From Anaerolineae bacterium (GTDB lineage Bacteria; Chloroflexota; Anaerolineae; Aggregatilineales; J027): a stretch of 51,995 nucleotides of DNA. The translations under genes and the position numbers were made by a program. The DNA is taken from positions 1-51,995 of the forward strand of contig JBNLCD010000002.1 of assembly GCA_050303635.1 (NCBI GenBank). Reading direction: 5' to 3'. The notes beneath the pieces are model-generated. The model did not search any database and was not told where the DNA came from. It worked only from the letters and a program-made list of their open reading frames with translations. Positions 25,501-34,290 of this stretch are shown piece after piece; position 1 is the stretch's first letter, and each line of letters opens with the position of its first letter.

Positions 25501-25677
25501 ATTGGATTGGTGCAAAAACACATCGCCGCAAATAACTATGTGCAAAACCGTATTGATGAAGTTCGCCCCCAACTTGAAACAATGCTTAGTGCAGAAAACC
25601 TCGAAGTAGAATTAGAAAAAGGCGCTCAATTAGATTTAGATCATACGGTGCAGAATTTGTTAGCGCAAAATCAATGA
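22591..25677 (+). CDS. Ser/Thr protein kinase fused to an AAA/STAND-type ATPase and C-terminal TPR array
   Basis: 1028 aa. Hanks kinase motifs are GAGGMGEVY, VALK, HRDLKPANV, DFG and YLAPE. A P-loop module follows (VGRQTELQVL...LVGGEAGVGKSRLV, then LILEDLH). The C-terminus has repeated TPR-like units with NNLG/TNLG hallmarks. Confidence 0.85.
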   Translation: MTVIANRYEIQERLGAGGMGEVYRAYDRLTDQVIALKQVLVTPTQLAFNSQSTIDDDWLALAREFKILASLRHPHIISVLDYGFTADRIPYFTMEYLADAQNILQAATDFDEEALIGLIIQLLQGLAYLHQRGLLHRDLKPANVMFHNKQVKMIDFGLAIELSQIQRAAGTIAYLAPEQFDNHPASVATDLYAVGLIAYQLFLKKYPFETTRSITQLILAIVHDPIDCSELPLSVRPIIEKLLAKNPQERYTSAYDAMQAFSQAINQQIATDTALIRESFLQASSFVGRQTELQVLRTSLTKTLQGETQFYLVGGEAGVGKSRLVDEIRTQALLDGLVVLRGEGVEGGGLPFQFWRTIARRLLLIAPVSDFQASVLKEIVPDIEKLIERTVDIAPYMSGGSQQQRLAMTIAEIVKSVDLPILLILEDLHCAAESLLPLQHLLKLADQIQHLIVVATYRNDERPELPNTLSDMVELPLTRLTKSDIAQLTEAMLGRFEKQQKIVDFLARETEGNTLFMVEVLRALAEEAGSIHEIGHATLPPHVLTGNMQDVLFRRLTKMPEHYQTILASAAVVGRQIDSALLIHIYPDIDLQDFLLQGEAISIFDVEENEWRFAHDKLRETVIQNLEPAEKSTQHRLVASALEAIYPDNDDYAEALLEHWHQAGNFAKEFIYLQEVVPHHIRVSAEFATADYILNRAFAQLTEDDPKRLVLLNLQAELYERQGEAAQGLPIAEEAYALAQSLKDSSELADSLNNLGLISYAMGEFEKSRTYFLESYETSQTLADKYRMSISLNNLGRVSWALNEPDQSKYYHEQCLAFRQEIGDKRGMAISCNNLGVIAKNQKELEQANYYYEQCMEISREIGYQQGIWASLTNLGNLAVQFDDFSKADDYLQQSLDIAQTMGEKMSMTQSLINLGKTYIHYKNENSWQWLIQCLALAQNIQATHMIYETIVAIADYFLWQEDALQAAQLIGLVQKHIAANNYVQNRIDEVRPQLETMLSAENLEVELEKGAQLDLDHTVQNLLAQNQ

Positions 25678-25784
25678 AGCAACATCCAAATCTGAACCCA
25701 AGTGGGAAATCGTCCATAATGCAGTACAATAAATAATAAGCAAATATTTTTAATCATTAAATTTGGTACAGGTAGGAGGTTTTT

Positions 25785-26261
25785 ATGCCACAATCAAGTG
25801 TGGAAAAACAATTGCTGTCCGAAGAGGTTGGGCAATTGTCTTTAGATGACTTCTGCATTGTAACGTCTGATACAACTGTGCGTGATACGATCGGACGAAT
25901 GCGCGCGTCTAAACACAATTGTGCATTTATCGTCGGCGAAAAGACTCAAATTGTCGGCATTTTTACAGATCGTGATATTCTGACCAAGATTGTCAGTGAA
26001 CCAAACACATGGGATGAGCCCATTGCCAATTATATGACGGCTAATCCTGATACCTTGCCCCCTGAAGCCACCTCCCACGAAGCCATGCACATGATGAATG
26101 AAGGTGGTTATCGGAATGTTCCCATTATCGAAGGCTCGACGATTCAAGGGAATGTAACCCATTATGCAGTTATTCGATTTTTGATTGATCATTTTCCCGA
26201 AACTGTTTTCAACTTGCCCCCTGAGCCCAGTAATTTTGCCGATGCGCGAGATGGCGGGTAA
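25785..26261 (+). CDS. Stand-alone CBS-pair domain protein
   Basis: 158 aa with two CBS motifs (…[11 protein letters not shown]… and …[26 protein letters not shown]…). A strong RBS (GGTAGGAGG) is present. It lies 29 nt upstream of korA. Confidence 0.8.
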   Translation: MPQSSVEKQLLSEEVGQLSLDDFCIVTSDTTVRDTIGRMRASKHNCAFIVGEKTQIVGIFTDRDILTKIVSEPNTWDEPIANYMTANPDTLPPEATSHEAMHMMNEGGYRNVPIIEGSTIQGNVTHYAVIRFLIDHFPETVFNLPPEPSNFADARDGG

Positions 26262-26290
26262 ATTTATCTTTATTGAGGAGTTTTTATTTT

Positions 26291-28147
26291 ATGACTGATC
26301 AACGTGATACCGCGCTCTTTGAAGAAGTCGAGAATGTCGTCATCCGTTTTGCGGGTGACTCCGGGGATGGGATGCAACTCACCGGAACACAATTTGCGAA
26401 TGTAGCGGCTGTGCTCGGCAATGATATTAGTACCTTACCTGATTTCCCAGCCGAAATCCGCGCCCCGGCGGGTACCTTAGCCGGAGTTTCAGGCTTTCAA
26501 GTTAATCTCTCTAGCCAAGATATTCATACGCCCGGCGATGCCCCACAAGTTCTAGTGGCCATGAATCCTGCCGCCTTAGCCGCTAATCTCAAAGATCTTG
26601 AAATAGGGGGCACCATTATTGTTAATACCGATGCTTTTACGAACTCTAATCTTAAAAAAGCTCATTATGAAAACAGCCCGCTCGAAGATGGTTCACTCAA
26701 AGGGTATGCTGTTCACCAAGTTCCTTTAACCTCAATTAATCGCCGCGCGCTTGAAGACTTTGAAGATCTAACCCAAAAAGATGTGGATCGCTGTCAAAAC
26801 TTCTTTGCGCTAGGGATGACCTTTTGGATCTATGATCGCCCGTTGACGAATACAACTGACTGGCTTAATCAAAAATTTGCGAAGAAACCAATTATTGCCC
26901 AAGCCAATATCAAGGCGCTTGAAGCAGGTTTTTATTACGCTGAAACAGCAGAAATCTTCCAAACCCGCTACCGTGTGCGCCCCGCCAAACTAAAACCGGG
27001 GAAATATCGCAAAATAACGGGTAATCAAGCCGTTGCACTTGGTTTGGTTACTGCCGCGCAAAAAGCAGGTAAACCCCTGTTTTACGGTGGGTATCCCATT
27101 ACACCGGCCAGTGATATTTTGCATAATCTGGCTCCCTTAAAGAATTTTGATGTGCGGACTTTCCAAGCTGAAGATGAAATTGCCGCAATGGGGTCTATTA
27201 TTGGCGCGGCCTTTGGTGGTGCATTTGCTGTAACCGCAACCAGTGGTCCGGGGATTGCCCTCAAGAGTGAAGCCATGAACTTGGCAATGATGCTTGAGTT
27301 ACCGATGGTTATTGTGAATGTTCAACGGGGTGGACCCAGTACAGGGATGCCGACGAAACCGGAACAAGGTGACTTGTTGCAAGCCCTGTATGGTCGCAAT
27401 GGCGAATCACCTATTCCAATAATTGCACCATCAACACCGTCTGATTGTTTTAATGCGGGTATTGAAGCCTTCCGTTTTGCAGTTCGAGCTATGAGCCCTG
27501 TCCTTATTCTCTCAGATGGCTATTTGGCCAATAGTTCTGAACCGTGGAATATTCCCAATCCGGATGATATTGAGCCGATCGAAGTAACTCACCCTGATCA
27601 TCCGAATAATGGCGCAATTTATGAACCTTATCAACGTGATTCAGGCAGTCTCGCTCGTCCGTGGGCCATTCCGGGTACAGAAGGGCTAGAACATCGTCTC
27701 GGTGGGTTAGCCAAAGCGCCCAATACTGGGAATGTTTCCTACAATCCTGATCATCAATCATGGATGATTGAAACACGGGCTGAGAAGGTTCAACGCTTAC
27801 AAGAACTGATTCCACCTATTGAAATTTTCGGCGAAGCCTCTGGTGATTTATTAGTGCTTAGCTGGGGTAGTCCCTATGGCGCGGCACGTTCAGCCGTAGC
27901 CCGTGCGCAAGATGCAGGCTTGAATGTTTCCCATGCACATTTGCGCAACTTAAGCCCCTTACCCGGCGATCTTGAAAAGGTTTTGCGGCGCTTCAATCAC
28001 GTGTTAATGCCTGAAATGAATCTGGGACAGCTAGCGTTGGTTATCCGCGGTAAGTTTGGCATGAACCATATTGAATCCTTACCGAAGGTAACGGGTCGCC
28101 CCTTCACCATTACTGAGATCTACCAGAAAATTCACGAGATGCTTTAA
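26291..28147 (+). CDS. korA: 2-oxoglutarate/2-oxoacid:ferredoxin oxidoreductase, alpha subunit (fused gamma-alpha type)
   Basis: Motifs are [16 protein letters not shown] (gamma-like N-terminus) and [10 protein letters not shown]...TSGPGIALK...[12 protein letters not shown] (pyrimidine-binding alpha core). The start is placed at ATG 26291, with GAGGAG 10 nt upstream; the ORF track starts at TTG 26273. Confidence 0.85.
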   Translation: MTDQRDTALFEEVENVVIRFAGDSGDGMQLTGTQFANVAAVLGNDISTLPDFPAEIRAPAGTLAGVSGFQVNLSSQDIHTPGDAPQVLVAMNPAALAANLKDLEIGGTIIVNTDAFTNSNLKKAHYENSPLEDGSLKGYAVHQVPLTSINRRALEDFEDLTQKDVDRCQNFFALGMTFWIYDRPLTNTTDWLNQKFAKKPIIAQANIKALEAGFYYAETAEIFQTRYRVRPAKLKPGKYRKITGNQAVALGLVTAAQKAGKPLFYGGYPITPASDILHNLAPLKNFDVRTFQAEDEIAAMGSIIGAAFGGAFAVTATSGPGIALKSEAMNLAMMLELPMVIVNVQRGGPSTGMPTKPEQGDLLQALYGRNGESPIPIIAPSTPSDCFNAGIEAFRFAVRAMSPVLILSDGYLANSSEPWNIPNPDDIEPIEVTHPDHPNNGAIYEPYQRDSGSLARPWAIPGTEGLEHRLGGLAKAPNTGNVSYNPDHQSWMIETRAEKVQRLQELIPPIEIFGEASGDLLVLSWGSPYGAARSAVARAQDAGLNVSHAHLRNLSPLPGDLEKVLRRFNHVLMPEMNLGQLALVIRGKFGMNHIESLPKVTGRPFTITEIYQKIHEML

Positions 28148-28160
28148 AGGATAGCCAGCG

Positions 28161-29729
28161 ATGACTGAAAATGTAATTCCTATCAAAGAGATCCCCGAAT
28201 ATTCACGTAAGGATTTTGTCTCCGATCAAACCGTACGGTGGTGTCCGGGTTGTGGTGATTATGCGATTTTAGCGGCTATCCAAAAAGCATTACCTGAAAT
28301 TGGTAAACGCAAAGAAGATATTGTGTTTATTTCCGGAATTGGGTGTTCAAGCCGTTTCCCCTATTACATGGATACTTATGGAATCCATAGTATTCATGGT
28401 CGTGCGCCAACACTGGCCACAGGCTTAAAAATTGCTAATCCAGATTTGAGTGTGTGGGTTATCACAGGCGATGGTGATGGGTTAAGTATTGGGGGTAATC
28501 ACTTGCTCCATGCTTGCCGTCGCAATATCGACTTGAACATCATGCTCTTTAACAACCGTATCTATGGCTTGACTAAAGGCCAATATTCACCAACTTCACC
28601 GCCCGGTACCAAAACCAAATCTTCACCGATGGGGTCCATTGATCCGGCCTTTAACCCCATTGCCGTAACACTCGGTGCGGGTGCAACCTTTATTGCCCGT
28701 TCACTCGATACCGGTTCTAAGCACTTAAACGAAATGTTGCTGGAAGCCGCTAAACATCAAGGTACAGCCTTTGTTGAAATTTTTCAGAACTGCATTATTT
28801 TCAATGATAAGACTTGGGAATATGCTTCGGACCGCAAACAACAACCTGAAACAGTCCTCTACCTTGAACATGGCCAACCCATGATTTTTGGTAAGGATAA
28901 TGATAAGGGAATTCGCCTCAATGGCTTGCATCCAGAGGTTGTGCAATTAGGGAATGGCATCACAGAAGATGATTTGTTAGTGCATGATGTCACGGATCGT
29001 AATCTCGCTTATATGCTCAGCCAAATGGATTATCCAGAATTTCCAGTGCCGTTTGGCATTATTCATCATGACACGGCCAAACCAGCTTATGAGCGAGAAG
29101 TAATGGCCCAGGTTGAATTAGCCAAATCTAAGCAAGGTACAGGTAGCCTTAAATCATTGTATGAGTCAGATTATGTTTGGACCGTTGAGGCCGATACACG
29201 GAACACGCAAACTATTTCACGTGACCAACTTGGTACAGGTCCATTGGACGAATCATACGTGGAAATGATTGAGAAGCAAATGACGGGCGAATATAAGAGT
29301 GTTAATGAAGTCCGTGAAGGCCTGCATACCGATCCTATCTCTAATCTGATGCACCCCGGACGTGATGTCATTTCAGCAATTTCAACCGATTCACTCGCTG
29401 ATGTGATTAAGAAAATGCAAGATAATCGCATTGGGGCTATTGTCATTGTTGATAATAGTAATCGACCTATTGGTATTTTCTCCGAGGTCGATATTATGAA
29501 TCGGGTGGCGACTCAAATTAAAGATTTGAGTGCCTATAAGGTATCTGACTTCATGACGCGTAATCCCGGTACGTTAGAAGGTTACAGTTCTATTGCCCAT
29601 GCGCTCGATCTTATGTATACCAATCACTATCGACATGTACCCATTGTTGATGAAAATAATATCTTGATTGATATCGTCTCTTTCCGTGATGTCGTAAGCT
29701 ATATCGAAACCTATTTTGTTGAAGATTAA
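28161..29729 (+). CDS. korB: 2-oxoglutarate/2-oxoacid:ferredoxin oxidoreductase, beta subunit, with a C-terminal CBS-pair fusion
   Basis: The ThDP-binding beta core reads WCPGCGDY...SGIGCSSR...GDGDGLSIGGNHLLHA...NNRIYGLTKGQ. About 135 extra C-terminal residues form two CBS motifs (…IGAIVIVDNSNRPIGIFSEVDIM… and …HYRHVPIVDENNILIDIVSFRDVV…). Confidence 0.85.
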   Translation: MTENVIPIKEIPEYSRKDFVSDQTVRWCPGCGDYAILAAIQKALPEIGKRKEDIVFISGIGCSSRFPYYMDTYGIHSIHGRAPTLATGLKIANPDLSVWVITGDGDGLSIGGNHLLHACRRNIDLNIMLFNNRIYGLTKGQYSPTSPPGTKTKSSPMGSIDPAFNPIAVTLGAGATFIARSLDTGSKHLNEMLLEAAKHQGTAFVEIFQNCIIFNDKTWEYASDRKQQPETVLYLEHGQPMIFGKDNDKGIRLNGLHPEVVQLGNGITEDDLLVHDVTDRNLAYMLSQMDYPEFPVPFGIIHHDTAKPAYEREVMAQVELAKSKQGTGSLKSLYESDYVWTVEADTRNTQTISRDQLGTGPLDESYVEMIEKQMTGEYKSVNEVREGLHTDPISNLMHPGRDVISAISTDSLADVIKKMQDNRIGAIVIVDNSNRPIGIFSEVDIMNRVATQIKDLSAYKVSDFMTRNPGTLEGYSSIAHALDLMYTNHYRHVPIVDENNILIDIVSFRDVVSYIETYFVED

Positions 29730-29755
29730 ACTTAAATAATTCAACAACTTAGCAA

Positions 29756-29788
29756 GCCTCGTTCTTAGTAAGAGAACGGGGCTTTTTT
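29756..29788 (+). terminator. Rho-independent terminator after korB
   Basis: GCCTCGTTCT (29756-29765) pairs with AGAACGGGGC (29773-29782), 10 bp including one G-U. The loop is 7 nt and is followed by TTTTTT. It overlaps the stop codon of the convergent GNAT gene. Confidence 0.85.
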
Positions 29789-30299
29789 ATTGAAGCCGAA
29801 GTTCCATGTATAGAAAATACTCTGTAAATTGAATCGGTGATTCTGCGCCAGCATAGCGTTCAATATTTTGGAAGCCTAATGCATAAAAAAGTTTATGGGC
29901 AGATGTTAAAAATTTAGCCGAATCAAGTCTTAATGCAGATACATCATTCTGTTTAGCAATTGAAATTAGGGTTTCCATCAGTGTTTTACCGATACCTAAT
30001 CCACGATAATCAGGTCGCACATAGATTCGCTTCACTTCCCATGCATCCTCACCCAGCGAGCGTAATCCACCAACGCCTGCAATATTGGCGTCAACCTCCA
30101 CGAGCAACATATGGCCACGTGGTGGCAGATATCGTTCAAATTTTCGCATATCATTGTCGATAATACTCTGCACCTCGCTGACGTCAAATTCAAAATGATA
30201 GTTTTGGCTGAATAGCTGAATTTGCCAGTTCATATATTCAAAAAATATCTCTTTGATATGTGTTTTGTGCTCGTCAGTTTCAACTTGATAAATCTTCAT
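29787..30299 (-). CDS. GNAT-family N-acetyltransferase
   Basis: 170 aa. The acetyl-CoA-binding motif is YVRPDYRGLGIGKTLME, and the overall GNAT length and topology fit. Confidence 0.8.
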   Translation of the reverse strand: MKIYQVETDEHKTHIKEIFFEYMNWQIQLFSQNYHFEFDVSEVQSIIDNDMRKFERYLPPRGHMLLVEVDANIAGVGGLRSLGEDAWEVKRIYVRPDYRGLGIGKTLMETLISIAKQNDVSALRLDSAKFLTSAHKLFYALGFQNIERYAGAESPIQFTEYFLYMELRLQ

Positions 30300-30361
30300 A
30301 GGGGATACTCCTCAGGCAATATTGATTGCTAAAGATACTACATACCCCAAATAACAAGCAA

Positions 30362-30407
30362 TAAAAAATAAATCCCTCGGTGCAATAACCGTTCAAGCAC
30401 CAAGGGG
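30362..30407 (-). terminator. Rho-independent terminator after the small lipoprotein gene
   Basis: The minus strand reads CCCCTTGGTGC-loop-GCACCGAGGG, followed by ATTTATTTTTTATT. Confidence 0.65.
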
Positions 30408-30440
30408 TTCATCAATAAAAAGGTGGGTAAAACAATAAGT

Positions 30441-30923
30441 TTAATTAGCCGTTTCAGGCACACCACATAACTGACCATCCTTGACAGCAATTGCATAGGT
30501 GCCGCTAGGCGTTTCAATATCGTTCATAACAACCGAATACTCACAACGAATCCGATCTGAACCATCTTCTGCACAACTGACTTTTTGTTCCATGCCTGTA
30601 CCGGGTCCGCCTTGTAAAGCACTCGCAAATACATCTAAATCAGCTTTCACATCTTCGCAAAATTCTGCGGCAAAAGCTTCACCCTCACCTGAAAACAGGG
30701 CAAGCAAGGCGCGCTCACCACTATCGGTAACACTTCCCCCACCAGAACTGCCACCGTCATTGTCGGCGTTATCTGCGGTATCTCCACCTGAATTTTCAGA
30801 TTGGGTATCTTGACGATCTCCGTTGTCAGAATTTGAGTCATCATTAGCATCATCATCGCCGCCACAAGCAACTAACAGCATGGCCAATATTACTAATACA
30901 GTGAGTAGATAAAACTTCTTCAT
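30441..30923 (-). CDS. Small acidic lipoprotein of unknown function
   Basis: MKKFYLLTVLVILAMLLVAC-GG has a canonical lipobox, followed by a D/N/S/G-rich low-complexity region and a Cys-containing C-terminal domain. The start is placed at ATG 30923 behind AAGGAGAGG; the ORF track starts at TTG 30941. Confidence 0.7.
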   Translation of the reverse strand: MKKFYLLTVLVILAMLLVACGGDDDANDDSNSDNGDRQDTQSENSGGDTADNADNDGGSSGGGSVTDSGERALLALFSGEGEAFAAEFCEDVKADLDVFASALQGGPGTGMEQKVSCAEDGSDRIRCEYSVVMNDIETPSGTYAIAVKDGQLCGVPETAN

Positions 30924-31399
30924 AAACCTCTCCTTAGTCAAATCAAATAGGTAAATTATTCGGTGAGATAACTAAGTCCCTCCCTAGCTCTCCCGAAAGA
31001 AAAGGTGGCACGATATAGATTTTGAGATATTGCCCAGAAGTGGTTGGAAGTGTGTAGAAACTTGAGCGGATTTGATATACACGCTACCGGGTATTTTATC
31101 AACCTAATGTAGACCTGCCTGCTTAAGAATCTCCGATACTTCTGAACAATCCAATGATCTGTTGTAATTCGTCCACAACTTCATCATGCCACTGCATCTA
31201 GACTATGGAATTTCGGAAGGGAGGACAATACCACTAAAGTGGGATATTTTGCTGAAAAAGGGGGGGGAGAGTTTAGGTGTTTCGTCATAAAAAAGAGGTC
31301 CATTCTTCCATTATTGTTACAAATTCTTAGAATATCATTGAGGCAGAAATGTGGCTTATTCAAGTAATGGATAGGCCATATTCATATAAAAAAGATTAA

Positions 31400-31427
31400 A
31401 AATCAAATCACGGTTTGATTTTTTTTG
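31400..31427 (+). terminator. Terminator-like hairpin inside a long ORF-free spacer (no annotated gene upstream of it)
   Basis: AATCAAA (31401-31407), a 6-nt loop, TTTGATT (31414-31420), then a run of 6 further T. A-rich flank 5' makes it bidirectional in principle. Confidence 0.4.
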
Positions 31428-31494
31428 AGTTTTACGCCACAATATGCACAATATCTAAAAATTAGCGTTTTTTATATTACAAGGAGGAACCCCC

Positions 31495-32274
31495 TTGCAC
31501 GTTGTAGTTTGTACAAAAAGTACGCCTGATACAGCGGCCAAAGTCAGTGTAAATGGTGATGGTAAAGTCACATGGGACGAAGCCGTTGTCATTAACCCTT
31601 GGGATGAATATGCTGTTACAGAAGCAATTTTGCTTAAAGAAGAACATGGCGTAAATGCCAGTGTTGTTACCTTGGGTGATGAAACCCACAATGAAGCACT
31701 CAAGCAAGGTTTAGCTATTGGATGTGATCAAGCTGTTCGTATTTGGGATGATGCCCTCGAAGGTCATGATCCACTTCAATATGCTAAGGCTGTTTCAGCC
31801 GCTGTTAATAAAATGGAAGATGTCAATCTCGTCATCTTCGGTAAAGAATTTGCTGATGAACAAACCGATCAACATGTCTACCAAACCGCTCGTAAATTAG
31901 GGTGGGCGGTTCTCGGTTCTGTTGCCAAGATTCTTGAAATTGATTTTGAAGCCAAAACAATTAAAGTTGAACGCTTGCTCGAACAAGGCAAGCAAGTTGT
32001 TACAGCTCAGTTGCCAGCTGTGATTGCTGTCCTCAAAGATATCAACGAACCCAAATACCCATCCTTTATTGGTATTCGTAAAGCCGCTAAAGCTCAAATT
32101 CCTGTTTGGGACTTAGCTGAATTGGGTGTTGATGCAGGTGAAAAGAAGACAACCATTGTCACTTATGAAAACTTGCCAGCTCGTGAAGGTTCTGTTGAAT
32201 TGATTGAAGGCGGTTCCCCGGATGAAATCGCTGGAAAATTGGCTGATAAGCTCATCGAGGAGAAAGTAATCTAA
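31495..32274 (+). CDS. etfB: Electron transfer flavoprotein, beta subunit
   Basis: 259 aa. The start is TTG behind AAGGAGG with a 7-nt spacing. The N-terminus VVVCTKSTPDTAAKV is the typical VCxKxVPD-type ETF-beta start. The length and the overlap with etfA also fit. Confidence 0.85.
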   Translation: MHVVVCTKSTPDTAAKVSVNGDGKVTWDEAVVINPWDEYAVTEAILLKEEHGVNASVVTLGDETHNEALKQGLAIGCDQAVRIWDDALEGHDPLQYAKAVSAAVNKMEDVNLVIFGKEFADEQTDQHVYQTARKLGWAVLGSVAKILEIDFEAKTIKVERLLEQGKQVVTAQLPAVIAVLKDINEPKYPSFIGIRKAAKAQIPVWDLAELGVDAGEKKTTIVTYENLPAREGSVELIEGGSPDEIAGKLADKLIEEKVI

Positions 32275-33242
32275 TGGCAACTGTCTACGTTTGGTGTGAA
32301 CATTTTAATGGAAAATTAGTCCAAGCTTCCCGTGAAGCTTTGGGTAAAGCCCGTGATTTGGGCGATTCAGTCACCGCACTTGTTTTCGGTGAAGGTGTTG
32401 ATGCGATTGCCAATGAAGCATTGCACTTTGGTGCAGATGCCGCTATTAAATCAGATGATGCAAGTTTAGCCAATTATCGCTCAGCGCCATATGTTGCACT
32501 CTTGGCCAAGGCTGTGCAAGATGGCAATCCTGATTATGTCGTTGCCGCTTCAACAGCACGTGGTCGCGAAGTAATGGGTGGTGCCTCCGCCGATTTAGAC
32601 GCTGGCCTGATGAGTGATGTTGTTGAACTTGATGTGGTTGATGGCAACTTGCAAGCCCGTCGTCCCGTCTATGCTGGTAAAGTGGTCGCCGTCCAAAGTG
32701 CAAGTGGTAGCCCGCAAATGGCAACCTTGCGCAGTCGTGCTTTCAAGGCCTTGGATGCTGATGAATCCCGTAGTGGCGATATTAGCAGTATAGATGCAGT
32801 CATGGCTGACAGCGAAGTTGGCTTGACGGTTGAAAGTTTTGAAGAAAGCACAGGATCTGTAAGTTTAACCGACGCCGGAATTATTGTTTCCGGTGGTCGT
32901 GGTGTCGGTGGTCCCGAAGGTTTCGAACCTGTCCGTGAATTGGCTGATGTATTGGGTGCCGCCGTGGGTTCGAGTCGTGCCGCTGTGGATGCTGGCTGGA
33001 TTCCTTACGAACATCAAGTTGGGCAAACCGGTAAAGTTGTTAGCCCCGATCTATACATTGCTTGCGGTATTTCAGGCGCTATTCAACACCAAGCTGGGAT
33101 GCGTTCCAGTAAGTTGATTGTAGCCATCAATAAAGATGCTGAAGCCCCGATTTTCAGCTTGGCAAGCTACGGTGTGGTCGGTGACTTGTTTGACATCGTC
33201 CCGGCTTTGACCAAAGCGTTCAAGGAACGCCTCGATAAGTAA
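32274..33242 (+). CDS. etfA: Electron transfer flavoprotein, alpha subunit
   Basis: 322 aa. The FAD-binding C-terminal signature is VSGGRGVG...LGAAVGSSRAAVDAGW...QVGQTGKVVSPDLYIACGISGAIQHQAGM. The start overlaps the etfB stop (TAATG), which implies translational coupling. Confidence 0.9.
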   Translation: MATVYVWCEHFNGKLVQASREALGKARDLGDSVTALVFGEGVDAIANEALHFGADAAIKSDDASLANYRSAPYVALLAKAVQDGNPDYVVAASTARGREVMGGASADLDAGLMSDVVELDVVDGNLQARRPVYAGKVVAVQSASGSPQMATLRSRAFKALDADESRSGDISSIDAVMADSEVGLTVESFEESTGSVSLTDAGIIVSGGRGVGGPEGFEPVRELADVLGAAVGSSRAAVDAGWIPYEHQVGQTGKVVSPDLYIACGISGAIQHQAGMRSSKLIVAINKDAEAPIFSLASYGVVGDLFDIVPALTKAFKERLDK

Positions 33243-33270
33243 ATACTTATCAAAATAAATAGAAATTTGA

Positions 33271-33302
33271 AGCCTTCTCTAAAACTTAGGGAAGGCTTTT
33301 TA
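33271..33302 (+). terminator. Rho-independent terminator after etfA
   Basis: AGCCTTCTCT pairs with AGGGAAGGCT, 10 bp including one G-U. The loop is 7 nt and is followed by TTTTT. Confidence 0.8.
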
Positions 33303-33372
33303 GTTTATTTGAAGCGTTTATTGTTATCATAGAAGGCATATATCATTCCGAGGTATCAGAAAGTCAGGAACA

Positions 33373-34176
33373 ATGCCAATCATCAATGTGAATGGTGTCA
33401 AGTATTACTACGAAGAAAGTGGGAACGGACCTGAAACCATTGTTTTCTCTCACGGATTCTTATGGTCAGGTCGCATGTATGCCAAGCAAGTCGAATTCTT
33501 CAAAGAAAATTATCGCGTGATTACGTATGATCATCGCGGCCAAGGTCGGACTGAAGTCACCCGTGCTGGCTACGACATGAACACCTTGACTGAAGACACA
33601 GTGGCCCTTATCCGAGCACTTGATGCGGTTAACTGTCATTTCGTTGGGTTGAGTATGGGAAGCTATGTTGGGATGCGCCTTGCCAGCCGCCATCCTGATT
33701 TGCTGAAGTCACTCACACTGATGGAAACCCGCGCTGATGCTGAAACATTTTTTAGCGGCACGCGACTTAGAATTCTTGGTTTTATTGCCCGTTATGTTCG
33801 CACGAAAGCAGTGGCCCAAGGTGGCATGCAGGAAATGTTTGGCAAAACTTTTATGCATGACCCGCAACGCGCCACTGAACGTGAATACTGGCAAAATCAA
33901 ATTTTACAAAATAATCCCGCTGGAAGCTATCGCGCGCTGTTGGGCGTAATAACGCGTCAAAGCGTCGAAAATGAACTGAAAAATATCAACGTTCCCACCC
34001 TCATTATGGTTGGTGATGAAGATATAGCTACAGTACCTGCTAAAGCCCAGCAAATTCACGAAGTTATTCCTCAATCCGAATTAATCATTTTGCGTAAGGC
34101 CGGCCATACATCAACGGTGGAACAACCTGAACAAGTGAATCAAGCCCTCAGTGCATTTTTCAGTAAATTAGTCTGA
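33373..34176 (+). CDS. Alpha/beta hydrolase (intact Ser-Asp-His triad), RsbQ/enol-lactonase-size class
   Basis: 267 aa. It has an HG oxyanion region (IVFSHGFLWSG), a nucleophile elbow (VGLSMGS), an acid (VGDEDI) and a His (KAGHTS). Confidence 0.8.
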   Translation: MPIINVNGVKYYYEESGNGPETIVFSHGFLWSGRMYAKQVEFFKENYRVITYDHRGQGRTEVTRAGYDMNTLTEDTVALIRALDAVNCHFVGLSMGSYVGMRLASRHPDLLKSLTLMETRADAETFFSGTRLRILGFIARYVRTKAVAQGGMQEMFGKTFMHDPQRATEREYWQNQILQNNPAGSYRALLGVITRQSVENELKNINVPTLIMVGDEDIATVPAKAQQIHEVIPQSELIILRKAGHTSTVEQPEQVNQALSAFFSKLV

Positions 34177-34290
34177 AGATTAGCGTTGCTTAAACGGCCG
34201 CTTTTTTCAAAATCGTAATCAGCAATTTGAGCCAAATCAGGGTACAATAGATAGGATGTGGATAGGAACATACCTTAAGGATTTTTTTGT

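Noticed and set aside
31495-33242. The idea that EtfBA is an electron-bifurcating (FixAB-type) ETF coupled to KorAB.
   Set aside because: The EtfB segment that discriminates AMP-binding from second-FAD-binding types reads GKEFADEQTDQHVYQTARKLG. It matches neither signature I remember (DGDTAQVGP or IDDDCNQTGQ), and there are no fixCX-like genes nearby. I cannot support the claim from sequence alone.
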